NCBI RefSeq assembly: GCF_900289195.1
Contig: NZ_OMOH01000004.1
Span: 180,001 to 212,000 of the forward strand
From: Propionibacterium ruminifibrarum
Lineage (GTDB): Bacteria; Actinomycetota; Actinomycetes; Propionibacteriales; Propionibacteriaceae
DNA: 32,000 nucleotides
Direction: 5' to 3'
In this document: in pieces, positions 8,151 through 18,328 of the stretch
How the letters are laid out: each line of letters opens with the position of its first letter
Position numbering within the stretch: the first letter of the stretch is position 1
Position numbers and translations under genes: made by a program
The notes under the pieces: model-generated
What the model was told of the DNA's origin: nothing
The model's database searches: none
The model's input: the letters and a program-made list of their open reading frames with translations, nothing else

Positions 8151-9473
8151 CTACTCGGCGCCCGTGCGCAGCCAGCGACCGGTCCGGGCGCGCAGGGTGA
8201 GGGTCAAAGCCCGGGCAGCGAGGAAACCAGAGTAGGCCACCCACAGCCAGACCAGGCCGGCGGGCCCGCCGGTGCACCAGTGCGCCACCGCCACGAGCAT
8301 CGGCAGGTGGCAGGCCGCGACGAACATCCCGGCCAGCGCCAGGTAGCGGGTGTCGCCGGCGCCGATGAGCACCCCGTCGAGCACGAACACGAGCGCGGCC
8401 AGCGGCATGATGGCCGCCAGCACGACGAAGGAGTGCATGGCCAGCTGCTGCACCGCCGCGTCGGAGGTGAACAGCCGCACCAGCGGGGGCCTGAGCGCGA
8501 CGAGCAGCAGCCCCATGACGACGGCCTGCACGCAGCCCCAGCCCAGGGCCCGTTTCATGACAGTCCGCGCCCCGGCCGTCTCGCCGGCCCCGAGGTGGCG
8601 TCCGATGAGGGCCTGGCAGGCGATGGCCAGGGAGTCGAGGGCGAAGGTGAGGACGGTGTACAGCGAGTTCGTCACCTGGTGGGCGGCCAGGGTCAGCGAG
8701 CCCAGGCCGGTGGCGACGACGGTGGTCGCGGTGAGCGAGAACCACAAGGTGGCGGTGCGCAGCACGAGCCAGCCCCCGGACGACGCCGAGGCGACCATGC
8801 CGCGCGGGTCCGGGCGCAGCCGCATGCCCAGCCCTCGGCAGCGGCGGATGATGACGGCGGCGAGCGCGAGGCACGACAGCCCCTGGGCGGTGGCGGTGGC
8901 GACGGCCGAGCCGGCGATCCCCAGGCCGAAACCGTAGATGAGCAGGGCGTCCAGGCCGATGTTCGCCACGTTGACGCCGATCGCCACCACCATGGGGGTG
9001 CGGGTGTCCTGCAGGCCGCGCAGCAGCCCGGTCGAGGCGAGCACGACGAGCTGGAAGGGCAGGCCGGCCGCGACGATCCGCAGATAGGTGACGGCCGCGT
9101 CGGCCACGTCCGGCGCGGGCCCGTACCAGCCGACGATCGTCGGGGCCAGCAGGGCGAGCAGCCCGGCGAGCACCACACCGAGCGCCCCGCCGAGGGCCAT
9201 GCCGTCACGGCCGGCCTCGTAGGCCGCCAGGTCGCGGCCCGCGCCGAGGCGGTGGGCGACGACGCTGGTCGTCGAGTAGGCCAGGAAGACGCACATGCCG
9301 GTGATGACGCCCAGCACGTTGCCGCCCAGCCCGAGTCCTGCCAGCGGGACGGCGCCGACGTGCCCGATGAACGCGGTGTCGGCCATGACGAGCAGCGGCT
9401 CGGAGACGAGGGTGGCGAAGGTGGGCAGGGCCAGCGCCAGCAGGTCACGGTCGTTTCTCGTCCACAGCGCCAC
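8151..9473 (-). CDS. MATE family efflux transporter
   Basis: ORF 8151..9629 (-). It is polytopic and hydrophobic throughout, with the typical MATE N-terminus DLLALALPTFATLVSEPLLVMADTAFIGHVG. The most plausible start is the GTG at 9473 (VALWTRNDRD); the 5' 52 codons of the ORF run into AT-rich promoter DNA. Confidence 0.85.
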   Translation of the reverse strand: MALWTRNDRDLLALALPTFATLVSEPLLVMADTAFIGHVGAVPLAGLGLGGNVLGVITGMCVFLAYSTTSVVAHRLGAGRDLAAYEAGRDGMALGGALGVVLAGLLALLAPTIVGWYGPAPDVADAAVTYLRIVAAGLPFQLVVLASTGLLRGLQDTRTPMVVAIGVNVANIGLDALLIYGFGLGIAGSAVATATAQGLSCLALAAVIIRRCRGLGMRLRPDPRGMVASASSGGWLVLRTATLWFSLTATTVVATGLGSLTLAAHQVTNSLYTVLTFALDSLAIACQALIGRHLGAGETAGARTVMKRALGWGCVQAVVMGLLLVALRPPLVRLFTSDAAVQQLAMHSFVVLAAIMPLAALVFVLDGVLIGAGDTRYLALAGMFVAACHLPMLVAVAHWCTGGPAGLVWLWVAYSGFLAARALTLTLRARTGRWLRTGAE

Positions 9474-9500
9474 GGGCCACGAGGCTACCCCGCCGGCCCG

Positions 9501-9545
9501 GTAACCGGGGTGAAACACAATCGTTACAAATATCTTGACGTCAAG
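9501..9545 (+). promoter_or_regulatory. putative GlnR-type box plus 12-bp palindrome in the MATE/gdhA divergent region
   Basis: GTAAC-cggggt-GAAAC-acaatc-GTTAC-aaatat-CTTGA (9501..9538) follows the actinobacterial GlnR consensus gTnAc-n6-GaAAc-n6-GtnAC-n6-GAAAc, with a poor last half-site. The perfect palindrome CTTGACGTCAAG lies at 9534..9545. Confidence 0.3.
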
Positions 9546-9604
9546 ACATGAGATTGCTTCATTTCGCGCAGGTCGCGGTGACATATTCAAGATGTCCCCG
9601 GTGA

Positions 9605-10987
<1,383 letters not shown>

Positions 10988-11085
10988 TACGGCAGCAGGC
11001 CCGGCCCGCCCGGCGGTTCCGTCGCTGATACGGCGGCCCCACGCCGTTGGGCAGGTCCGGCCCGGCCCAGCAGACCCGAACGACT

Positions 11086-11118
11086 CGGAGGCGGTCACCT
11101 GCACGGTGGCCGCCTCCG
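11086..11118 (+). terminator. GC-rich hairpin about 100 nt downstream of gdhA
   Basis: cggaggcggTcacc-tgcac-ggtgGccgcctccg: 14-bp arms with one mismatch and a 5-nt loop. There is no U-tract. Confidence 0.4.
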
Positions 11119-11356
11119 GCGTTCCCGCCCGGCGCCCAGCACGCGTATCAAGCCGGTCCCCGGGTCGGGACGCACCCGGCTCGGGCAGGCCGCGCCGGGC
11201 GCCGGGTCACCGGCGGGAACACTTCGTGGCTCACACGACCAGCGTTCCCGTGCCGTACAGGAGCGCATCGGATGCCCGCTGGCCGCGCAACTCATGGCTC
11301 CCGGACCATCCGGGCCGGTGCACCGTCTCCCCTGACAGGATCGCCGCCTTCCTCCC

Positions 11357-12364
11357 GTGGATAGGTTGGGGCCCATGGATGCCGTGGAGCGCCTCATCGT
11401 CGCCGAATCCCCCGAGCGCGCCGGGCACGTGCTCGTCATCAACTGCCCGGGCCTGGTCGAGGCCGCCCAGGAGATCGCGCCGCGGGTGAGCGTGTGGTGC
11501 GACGACCGCCGCGACGCCGACGAGGGGCCCGCCGGCCTGCTGCTGGACGCCTTCGACGAGCCCTCCCTGGCCGGCGTCGACCTGGTGTGGCTGCGCCTGC
11601 CCAAGGCCCTGTCGGCCCTCGACGACTACACCGAACGCCTCGCCGTCTGGGCGGCGCCCGAGGTGCGCCTGATCGCCGCCGGGCGCCAGAAGAACATGAC
11701 GCATTCGATGAATGACGTGCTGCGCCGCCACTTCGGCGAGGTCTCGGCGTCGCTGGGGGTCGGCAAGTGCCGAGCCCTGCGGGCCTCCCAGCCGAGGAAG
11801 CGCCGGCTGCGCTGGCCCCGCGAGAGGACGCACCCCGAGCTGGGCATCGGCGTCATCGCGCACGGCGAGGTCTTCGCCACCAACGAGGTGGACGACGGCA
11901 CCCGCCTGCTCGCCGAGCTGTGCGGCGACATCCACGGGGACGACCTGCTCGACCTGGGCTGCGGCTCGGGCATCCTGGCCACGCTGCTGGCCCGCGCCAA
12001 CCCCGGCGCACGGGTGCACGCCGTCGACGTGAGCCGCGCCGCCGTCGAGTCGGCCCGGCTGACCGCCGAGGCCAACGGCAAGGACGTCCAGGTGCACTGG
12101 GCGTCCCGGCTCGACGGCTGGGCCCCGGACAGTCTCGACGTCGTCGTCATGAACCCGCCCTTCCACCGCGGCATCGCCAAGGACTCCGAACCGGCCCTGG
12201 CCATGTTCGACGACGCGGCCCGCCTGTTGCGGCCGGGCGGCGAGCTGTGGTGCGTCTACAACTCGCACCTGCCGTGGCGCAAACGACTGAACGAGAAGGT
12301 CGGCCGGACCACCGTCGTGAGGCAGAACCCCTTCTACACCGTCACCCGCACGATCGCCCGCTGA
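11357..12364 (+). CDS. class I SAM-dependent methyltransferase, RsmC/RlmG-like (rRNA m2G type)
   Basis: ORF 11357..12364. SAM motif I is LLDLGCGSGILA and motif IV is VVMNPPFHRG (NPPF). Length and two-domain layout resemble RsmC/RlmG. The start is either GTG 11357 or ATG 11375. Confidence 0.8.
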   Translation: MDRLGPMDAVERLIVAESPERAGHVLVINCPGLVEAAQEIAPRVSVWCDDRRDADEGPAGLLLDAFDEPSLAGVDLVWLRLPKALSALDDYTERLAVWAAPEVRLIAAGRQKNMTHSMNDVLRRHFGEVSASLGVGKCRALRASQPRKRRLRWPRERTHPELGIGVIAHGEVFATNEVDDGTRLLAELCGDIHGDDLLDLGCGSGILATLLARANPGARVHAVDVSRAAVESARLTAEANGKDVQVHWASRLDGWAPDSLDVVVMNPPFHRGIAKDSEPALAMFDDAARLLRPGGELWCVYNSHLPWRKRLNEKVGRTTVVRQNPFYTVTRTIAR

Positions 12365-12671
12365 GCAGCACCGGGCACCGGGCGGCGCGTCCCCCCGCTC
12401 GGCGGGGCCCGAGGACCGGCACCGGCTCGTCTGCGGCATGCCCTCGCGATCCGGCGTCGAGGGCTGCCGGGCCGGGGCGTAGCGACACCCAGCTCAACGC
12501 CTACACCCTCCGCCCTGTCGGGATGCCCGGGTCGGGGCGGCAGCAGGATCAGCATGTGCCCGCAAGCCGACACCAAGGCCCCGGACCCCACCAGGAGCGC
12601 AAGGAAATACACCGGATTCCCCCGGTTTTTGGGACTCCCCGTCGCTGCAGAGTTGCCACTATCGTTCGGGC

Positions 12672-13463
12672 ATGGCCGCGGCGAAGAACTGGAAGAAGCG
12701 GTGGCTGCCGAATCAGCACGGGGCGTGGGCGATGCTCATCGTCCCCTTCGTCGTCGGCGCCCTGACCCGCCATCGCGCGGACGGGCTGCCGATGTGGTGG
12801 GTCCCGCTGGCCGTCATGTGGCTCGTCGGCTACTGCCTGTTCGCCCAGTGCGTCAGCTGGCTGAAGACACCGGCACGGCGCCGGGGCGAGCTGCGCACCC
12901 CGATCATCACCTACTTCGTCGTCTGCGTGGCCTGCGGCCTGGTGGTCCTGGCCCTGGGCGGGGCCGGACTGGCGATCTGGCTGGTGGGTTTCGCACCCCT
13001 CGTCGCAGCGGCATTCGCCCTGGTCCGCAACCGCGAGGAGCGTTCGGTCACCTCGGGCATGACGACGGTCGCGGCGGCCTGCCTCATGTTCTACGTGGTG
13101 CGCTGCGGCGGCTGGCCGGTGCTCAGCCCCGGCCTGCACGACACGGTGACCGGGATTCTGCTGTACGGCTACTTCGCCGGCACCGTCTTCCACGTGAAGT
13201 CCTTCATCCGCGAGAAGAACAATCCGGCGGCGGCCCGCAACTCGACGCTGTGGCACGGGGCCTGGCTCGTCGCGGCGGCAGTCGCGTGCGGGCCCTGGCT
13301 CGGCCTCGGCTCGCCCTGGTGGATCGTCTTCTTCGCAGTGGCCCTGGCCCGCACGATGGTCATGAAACGGATGCAGAACAACGGTTTCCCCTTCCGTCCG
13401 GGGACGCTGGGTGTCATCGAGATCATCCTCAGCGCCTCCGCCATCGCCTGCTCGCTGCTCTGA
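12672..13463 (+). CDS. YwiC-like family membrane protein
   Basis: 263-aa polytopic ORF. The N-terminus KKRWLPNQHGAWAMLIVPF matches my recollection of YwiC-like proteins. Confidence 0.65.
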   Translation: MAAAKNWKKRWLPNQHGAWAMLIVPFVVGALTRHRADGLPMWWVPLAVMWLVGYCLFAQCVSWLKTPARRRGELRTPIITYFVVCVACGLVVLALGGAGLAIWLVGFAPLVAAAFALVRNREERSVTSGMTTVAAACLMFYVVRCGGWPVLSPGLHDTVTGILLYGYFAGTVFHVKSFIREKNNPAAARNSTLWHGAWLVAAAVACGPWLGLGSPWWIVFFAVALARTMVMKRMQNNGFPFRPGTLGVIEIILSASAIACSLL

Positions 13464-13491
13464 GCGCCGCCCACCCCGCACTCCGCGCAAA

Positions 13492-13754
13492 CCCTGCGCT
13501 TCTCGTGTGTCATTTCACGACAGCCGCAGGCCCACGCACTCCAGCACAAGAGCTCACTCCAGCGTCCCGCACATGTTCCATACATAGGGCTGCGCTTCTC
13601 GTGCGTCTTTTCACGACAACCGCAGGACAGCCCGATGCGACCAGCTCCACCGCGAAACGCAGGGCGTTGGCCCCTCGCCGCAGCAGGACAAGCCAGCCCC
13701 AGCCTTCCACCTAGACCCTGCGTTTCCTGTGTGTCATTTCACGACGACCGCAGG
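13492..13754 (+). repeat. three tandemly spaced copies of a 39-bp palindromic hairpin repeat plus an inverted half-copy
   Basis: Copy 1 is 13492..13530, ccctgcgcttctcgtgtgtcatttcacgacagccgcagg. Copy 2 is 13588..13626, ggctgcgcttctcgtgcgtcttttcacgacaaccgcagg. Copy 3 is 13716..13754, ccctgcgtttcctgtgtgtcatttcacgacgaccgcagg. The half-copy is 13648..13668, caccgcgaaacgcagggcgtt. The outer arms CCTGCG/CGCAGG and the inner arms TCGTG/CACGA are mutually complementary. Confidence 0.85.
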
Positions 13755-13819
13755 ACTACCCGCCCCGGGCTTCGCCCGAAACGCGGGCCAGATCTTCCCC
13801 GCGGGACTACGGTGGGGCC

Positions 13820-14677
13820 ATGACAGCTGTTCCCGCATCGATGATCCGACTCAGCAACGCCACCAACGGCACCGTCGAGATCCCCCAGCTGGGTTTCGGC
13901 ACCTACAAGGTGCCGCCCGCCGAGGCCGAACGCGTCGTGGGCGAGGCGCTCGAGGTCGGCTACCGCCACATCGACACCGCGCAGATGTACGCGAACGAGG
14001 CCGGTGTGGGTCGCGCGATCGCCGCCAGCGGCATCGACCGTGACGACCTGTTCGTCACGAGCAAGCTCAACAACAGCAACCACGCCCGCGACGACGCCCT
14101 GCGGTCCTTCGACCAGACCCTCAAGGACCTTCAGCTCGAACGGCTCGACCTGTTCCTCGTGCACTGGCCGATGGCCGCCGCGACGAATCTCGTCGAGACC
14201 TGGCAGACCATGATCGAGATCCTGCAGTCCGGCCGGGTCCGCGCGATCGGCGTCTCGAACTACCAGCCCGACCACCTGCGCACGATCACCGACGCCACCG
14301 GCATCGCCCCGGCCGTCAACCAGGTCGAGATCAGCCCCTACCTGACCCAGGAGCCGCTGCGCGCCCTGCACACCCAGATGGGCATCGCCACCGAGTCCTG
14401 GTCGCCACTCGCCCGTGGCAAGGTGGCCGACGACCCGGCGATCAAGGCGATCGGCGAAGAACTCGGCCGCACCGCATCCCAGGTCGTGCTGCGCTGGCAC
14501 CTGCAGCGCGGCGACATCGTGTTCCCCAAGTCGATGCACCGCGAACGCATGGTCGAGAACGCCCAGCTGTTCGACTTCACGCTCTCGGCCGCCCAGATGG
14601 ACGCGATCAGCGCCCTCAACCGGGACGAGCGGCAGGGCAGCCACCCCGACGAGGTGCAGTGGACCAAGCAGCCCTGA
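13820..14677 (+). CDS. aldo/keto reductase (2,5-diketo-D-gluconate reductase-like)
   Basis: 285-aa ORF carrying LGFGTYK, GYRHIDTAQMYANE, FVTSKL and DLFLVHWP, which are canonical AKR blocks. Confidence 0.9.
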   Translation: MTAVPASMIRLSNATNGTVEIPQLGFGTYKVPPAEAERVVGEALEVGYRHIDTAQMYANEAGVGRAIAASGIDRDDLFVTSKLNNSNHARDDALRSFDQTLKDLQLERLDLFLVHWPMAAATNLVETWQTMIEILQSGRVRAIGVSNYQPDHLRTITDATGIAPAVNQVEISPYLTQEPLRALHTQMGIATESWSPLARGKVADDPAIKAIGEELGRTASQVVLRWHLQRGDIVFPKSMHRERMVENAQLFDFTLSAAQMDAISALNRDERQGSHPDEVQWTKQP

Positions 14678-14978
14678 TCCCGTATCGCTCGGGGCCACCG
14701 CGCCTGGTCCACGGCTGTCATCTCAGTCGATTGCCCTGGTCCTGCGCCAGGACCACCGCCCTGCACGACGGCGAATCGGCCACCCAGCCCCCAGGCTACG
14801 GGCAGCGGTCGGCGCCGATCGTAGAGCCGTGACCGGTGCCGCGTCTCTCCCCGGCCTCCCGGGAAGCGGCCATCCCCGGCAAGGTGGCCGGCCCGGTCAC
14901 GCCCGCGCCGGCCGCACCATTCGACTTTGCCCTGCGGCCAATGGCGCGGCGCAAGGCCCGTCCCGCTAGCCTTGGCCC

Positions 14979-16166
14979 ATGCCGCGTTTCGAGCCCTTTC
15001 CCGCACTGCGCTATGCACCGCAGACCGACCTTGACGCCGTCATCGCGCCGCCCTACGACGTACTGAGCGACGCCGACATCGACGCGCTGGAGGCCCGCGA
15101 CCCGTACAACATCGCCTGGATCGACGATCCGCGCGGTGGCGAGGACCGCTACGAGAAGGCCGCCCAGACCCTCAGGCAGTGGCTCGCCGAGGGCGTCATG
15201 GTGCCCGACCCCGTGCCGAGCTTCACGATCTACCGCATGGCCTTCACCGACGCCACTGGGGCGAGCCGTGTCATCTCCGGCGTGCTAGGCGGTCTGGAGG
15301 TCGTCGACGAGGGTGCCGGGGGCGTGCTCCCCCACGAGCGCACCACGAAGAAGGCCGTCACCGACCGCCTCGACCTGACCCGCGCCACTGCCACCAACGG
15401 CTCCCCGGTGTGGGGCCTGTCGCTCGCGTCCGGCCTCACCCAGGCCCTCCAGGCCCCGGCAGAGCCGGTCGGCGAGATCACCGTCGACGGTGTCCGGCAC
15501 AGCGTCGAGCGCGTCACCGATCCCGACCGCATCGCCGAGATCAGCGCCATCATCGGCTCCGACGACGTCCTCGTCGCCGACGGGCACCACCGCTACTCGA
15601 TCTCGCGCACCTACCGCGACGAGGTGCGCGCCGCCACCGGCCGCACCGACACCGAGGCCGAACTCACGTTGACCTTCGTCAACGAGCTGGTGGACGACCA
15701 GCTGTCGATCGAGGCCATTCACCGCCTGGTCGACGGCATCTCCTGGGACGACCTGGTCGCCGCGCTGGAGCGCTTCTTCACCGTCGAGCCCCTCGACGAG
15801 GAGCTCAGCCCAGCCACCCTGGCCCGCATGGTCGCCGAGGGCCGGCTGGTGCTGCTCTCCCCCGACGGCCGGGCCTGCTGGCTGACCGCCCGGCCCGGCG
15901 TCTTCGACGACGTCCGCTCCCTCGACGGGGCCTGGCTCGAGAAGGCCCTGGGTGACACGAGCGCCGTCTTCAGCTACCAGCACGGCCTGGACGAGATGCG
16001 TGAGGCCGTCACCGGCCACACCGCAGGCATCCTGATCCGCCCGACCAGCCTGGACGAGATCATGCGCACCGCCCGCGAGGGCCTGCTCATGCCGCCGAAG
16101 TCGACCTTCTTCACCCCGAAGCTGCGCACCGGCTTCGTCATGCGCCCCACCGCCCCGCTGGGCTGA
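14979..16166 (+). CDS. DUF1015 domain-containing protein
   Basis: 395-aa ORF. The N-terminus MPRFEPFPALRYAP....VIAPPYDVLSD and the internal VADGHHRY are characteristic of DUF1015. Confidence 0.85.
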   Translation: MPRFEPFPALRYAPQTDLDAVIAPPYDVLSDADIDALEARDPYNIAWIDDPRGGEDRYEKAAQTLRQWLAEGVMVPDPVPSFTIYRMAFTDATGASRVISGVLGGLEVVDEGAGGVLPHERTTKKAVTDRLDLTRATATNGSPVWGLSLASGLTQALQAPAEPVGEITVDGVRHSVERVTDPDRIAEISAIIGSDDVLVADGHHRYSISRTYRDEVRAATGRTDTEAELTLTFVNELVDDQLSIEAIHRLVDGISWDDLVAALERFFTVEPLDEELSPATLARMVAEGRLVLLSPDGRACWLTARPGVFDDVRSLDGAWLEKALGDTSAVFSYQHGLDEMREAVTGHTAGILIRPTSLDEIMRTAREGLLMPPKSTFFTPKLRTGFVMRPTAPLG

Positions 16167-16192
16167 GCAGCAGAGCAGAGCCGACCAACGTC

Positions 16193-16230
16193 GGCGGGCG
16201 TCCGGGGCAGCACGGTCCCGGACGCCCGCC
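16193..16230 (+). terminator. perfect 14-bp-stem hairpin downstream of the DUF1015 gene
   Basis: ggcgggcgtccggg-gcagcacggt-cccggacgcccgcc, 27 nt after the stop codon. The right half is repeated 60 bp later (see repeat 16201..16289). Confidence 0.55.
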
Positions 16231-16289
16231 GGCTGCCGTCGGTGTCCACGCTCGTCCAGATCCGGGGCCAGCACGGTCCCGGACGCCCG
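16201..16289 (+). repeat. 28/29-nt direct repeat
   Basis: tccggggcagcacggtcccggacgcccg at 16201..16228 and tccggggccagcacggtcccggacgcccg at 16261..16289. They are identical except for one extra c. Confidence 0.8.
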
Positions 16290-16583
16290 GCTCGACGGGC
16301 TCACGGGCCTCCCCGTCGCCCACCTGACGTGTCCGGGCGGCCCGGCACGGCGTTCGCCTCGCCGGCCAAGGACCGGGGCCGCCATCACGCGCAAAGCCGG
16401 TCGGGCCGAATTCCCCTCGACCGCCGGGGACCGAGGACTTCCACTTGGTTCATGGCCGCACGGCATGAGTTCTGCTCTGCGCCGTACTCGCCGCCCTGCC
16501 GTCGGGGGCGGGGAAATGCCACGCTAAAGTCAGTGAATGGGCCGTGACACCGGCGTGCGCGGCCACGGACCAGGAGAGGAAAC

Positions 16584-18098
16584 ATGACAGACCGCATTGC
16601 CAACGCACAGCTGCGCGGCAAGGTGATGAGCGCGGACGAGGCTGCCGCCCTCATCCCGGCCGGGGCCCAGATCGGTTTCGGCGGATTCACCGGATCCGGT
16701 TACCCCAAGGAGCTTCCCCAAGCTCTCGCCGCCCGCATCAGGGCTGCGCACGAGGCCGGTGAGGACTTCACCGTCAACGCGTTCACCGGTGCCTCCACCG
16801 CTCCAGAGCTCGACGGCGCACTGGCCGACGCCAACGGCATCGGCCTGCGCACCCCGTACCAGTCCGATCCGCACATGCGCGCCAAGATCAACGACGGCAC
16901 GTCCTACTACATCGACACCCATCTCTCCCATGCCGCCCAGGTGGTGGCGGAGGGCTTCTACGGCAAGCTCGACTTCGCCGTCGTCGAGGCCACCCGCATC
17001 ACCGAGGAGGGCAACATCATCCCGACGTCCTCGATCGGCAACAACAAGACCTACCTCGACTGCGCCGAGAAAATCATCATCGAGGTCAACTCCTGGCAGT
17101 CCCTCGATCTTGAGGGCATGCACGACGTCTGGAACGGCTACCTCACTCCTCCCAACCGCCCGATCATCCCGATCGTCAAGCCCGGAAACCGCATCGGCGA
17201 CAACTTCCTGACGATCGACCCGAACAAGGTCGTCGCCATCATCGAAACCGACGACCCCGACCGCAACACGCCGTTCAAGCCGATCGACGACGATTCTCGC
17301 GCCATCGCCGGCTACCTGCTCGACTTCTACGACAACGAGGTCAAGCACGGCCGCCTGCCGAAGAACCTGCTGCCGCTGCAGTCCGGTGTCGGCAACATCC
17401 CGAACGCCGTGCTCGACGGCCTGCTCAACTCCGACCTGGAGAACCTCACCAGCTACACCGAGGTCATCCAGGACGGCATGGTCGACCTCATCGACGCCGG
17501 CAAGCTGACCGTCGCCTCGGCCACGGCCTTCTCGCTGAGCCCCGAGTACGCCCACAAGATGAACGACGAGGCGGCCAGGTACCGCAACTCGATCATCCTG
17601 CGCTCGCAGGAGATCTCGAACCATCCCGAGGTGATCCGTCGTCTCGGTGTGCTGAGCTGCAACGGCATGATCGAGGCCGACATCTACGGCAACGTGAACT
17701 CCACCCACGTCGCTGGCACCCGCATGATGAACGGCATCGGCGGCTCGGGCGACTTCACGCGCAACGCCTACATCTCGGCGTTCGTCTCGCCGTCGGTCGC
17801 CAAGGACGGCGCCATCTCGGCGATCACCCCGATGGTCAGCCACGTCGACCACACCGAGCACGACGTCATGGTGATTATCACCGAGCAGGGCCTGGCGGAC
17901 CTGCGCGGTCTGGCGCCGCGTCAGCGGGCCAAGAAGATCATCGAGAACTGCGCCCATCCCGATTACAAGGCCCAGCTCACCGAGTACTACGAGGCCGCGC
18001 TGAAGTCCTCGAAGGCCAAGCACACGCCGCATGACCTGGCGCACAGCTTCGACTTCCACCGCAGCTTCCTCGAGAACGGCACGATGAAGCTGAGCTGA
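16584..18098 (+). CDS. succinate CoA-transferase (acetyl-CoA hydrolase/transferase family; propionyl-CoA:succinate CoA-transferase type)
   Basis: 504-aa ORF with the ATG preceded by ggagaggaaac. Family blocks present: GFGGFTGSGYPK, PYQSDPHMR, LQSGVGNIPNAV, MNGIGGSGDFTRNA. Confidence 0.9.
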   Translation: MTDRIANAQLRGKVMSADEAAALIPAGAQIGFGGFTGSGYPKELPQALAARIRAAHEAGEDFTVNAFTGASTAPELDGALADANGIGLRTPYQSDPHMRAKINDGTSYYIDTHLSHAAQVVAEGFYGKLDFAVVEATRITEEGNIIPTSSIGNNKTYLDCAEKIIIEVNSWQSLDLEGMHDVWNGYLTPPNRPIIPIVKPGNRIGDNFLTIDPNKVVAIIETDDPDRNTPFKPIDDDSRAIAGYLLDFYDNEVKHGRLPKNLLPLQSGVGNIPNAVLDGLLNSDLENLTSYTEVIQDGMVDLIDAGKLTVASATAFSLSPEYAHKMNDEAARYRNSIILRSQEISNHPEVIRRLGVLSCNGMIEADIYGNVNSTHVAGTRMMNGIGGSGDFTRNAYISAFVSPSVAKDGAISAITPMVSHVDHTEHDVMVIITEQGLADLRGLAPRQRAKKIIENCAHPDYKAQLTEYYEAALKSSKAKHTPHDLAHSFDFHRSFLENGTMKLS

Positions 18099-18113
18099 CG
18101 CTCCTGGACACGC

Positions 18114-18144
18114 TGAGGGGGTCACCGTGACGGTGGCCCCCTCA
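18114..18144 (+). terminator. hairpin 16 nt downstream of the CoA-transferase stop
   Basis: tgagggggTcaccg-tga-cggtgGccccctca: 14-bp arms, one mismatch, followed by a T-containing tract (tgctgttcctggcttt). Confidence 0.55.
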
Positions 18145-18328
18145 TGCTGTTCCTGGCTTTGGCCGCCGGGCCACGGCACGGGCACATGGCCCCGTGCCAC
18201 GCGCCCCTCCCCGGGCCAGGGGTTCGCGCGGCGGCAGACCACCCCTCGATCCATCGGGGTGTGTTCTCGCGCCCGGTTGGGTCCTCTCACCGCTGGCCGC
18301 CCACCCCACGGCACCCGGCAGGGCGGGA

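Noticed and set aside
7395-9551. 718-aa plus-strand ORF, one of the longest in the track
   Set aside because: It is antisense to the MATE transporter gene. Its product is a monotonous R/G/A/P/H/Q-rich string with no recognisable domain, whereas the minus-strand frame gives a coherent 12-helix MATE protein. This is the typical shadow ORF of high-GC DNA.
13464-13819. CRISPR array interpretation of the tandem repeats
   Set aside because: There are only three full copies with unequal spacing (96 and 128 bp). The repeats differ from each other at several positions and are internally palindromic like REP elements. The same unit occurs singly elsewhere, and no cas genes are in the window.
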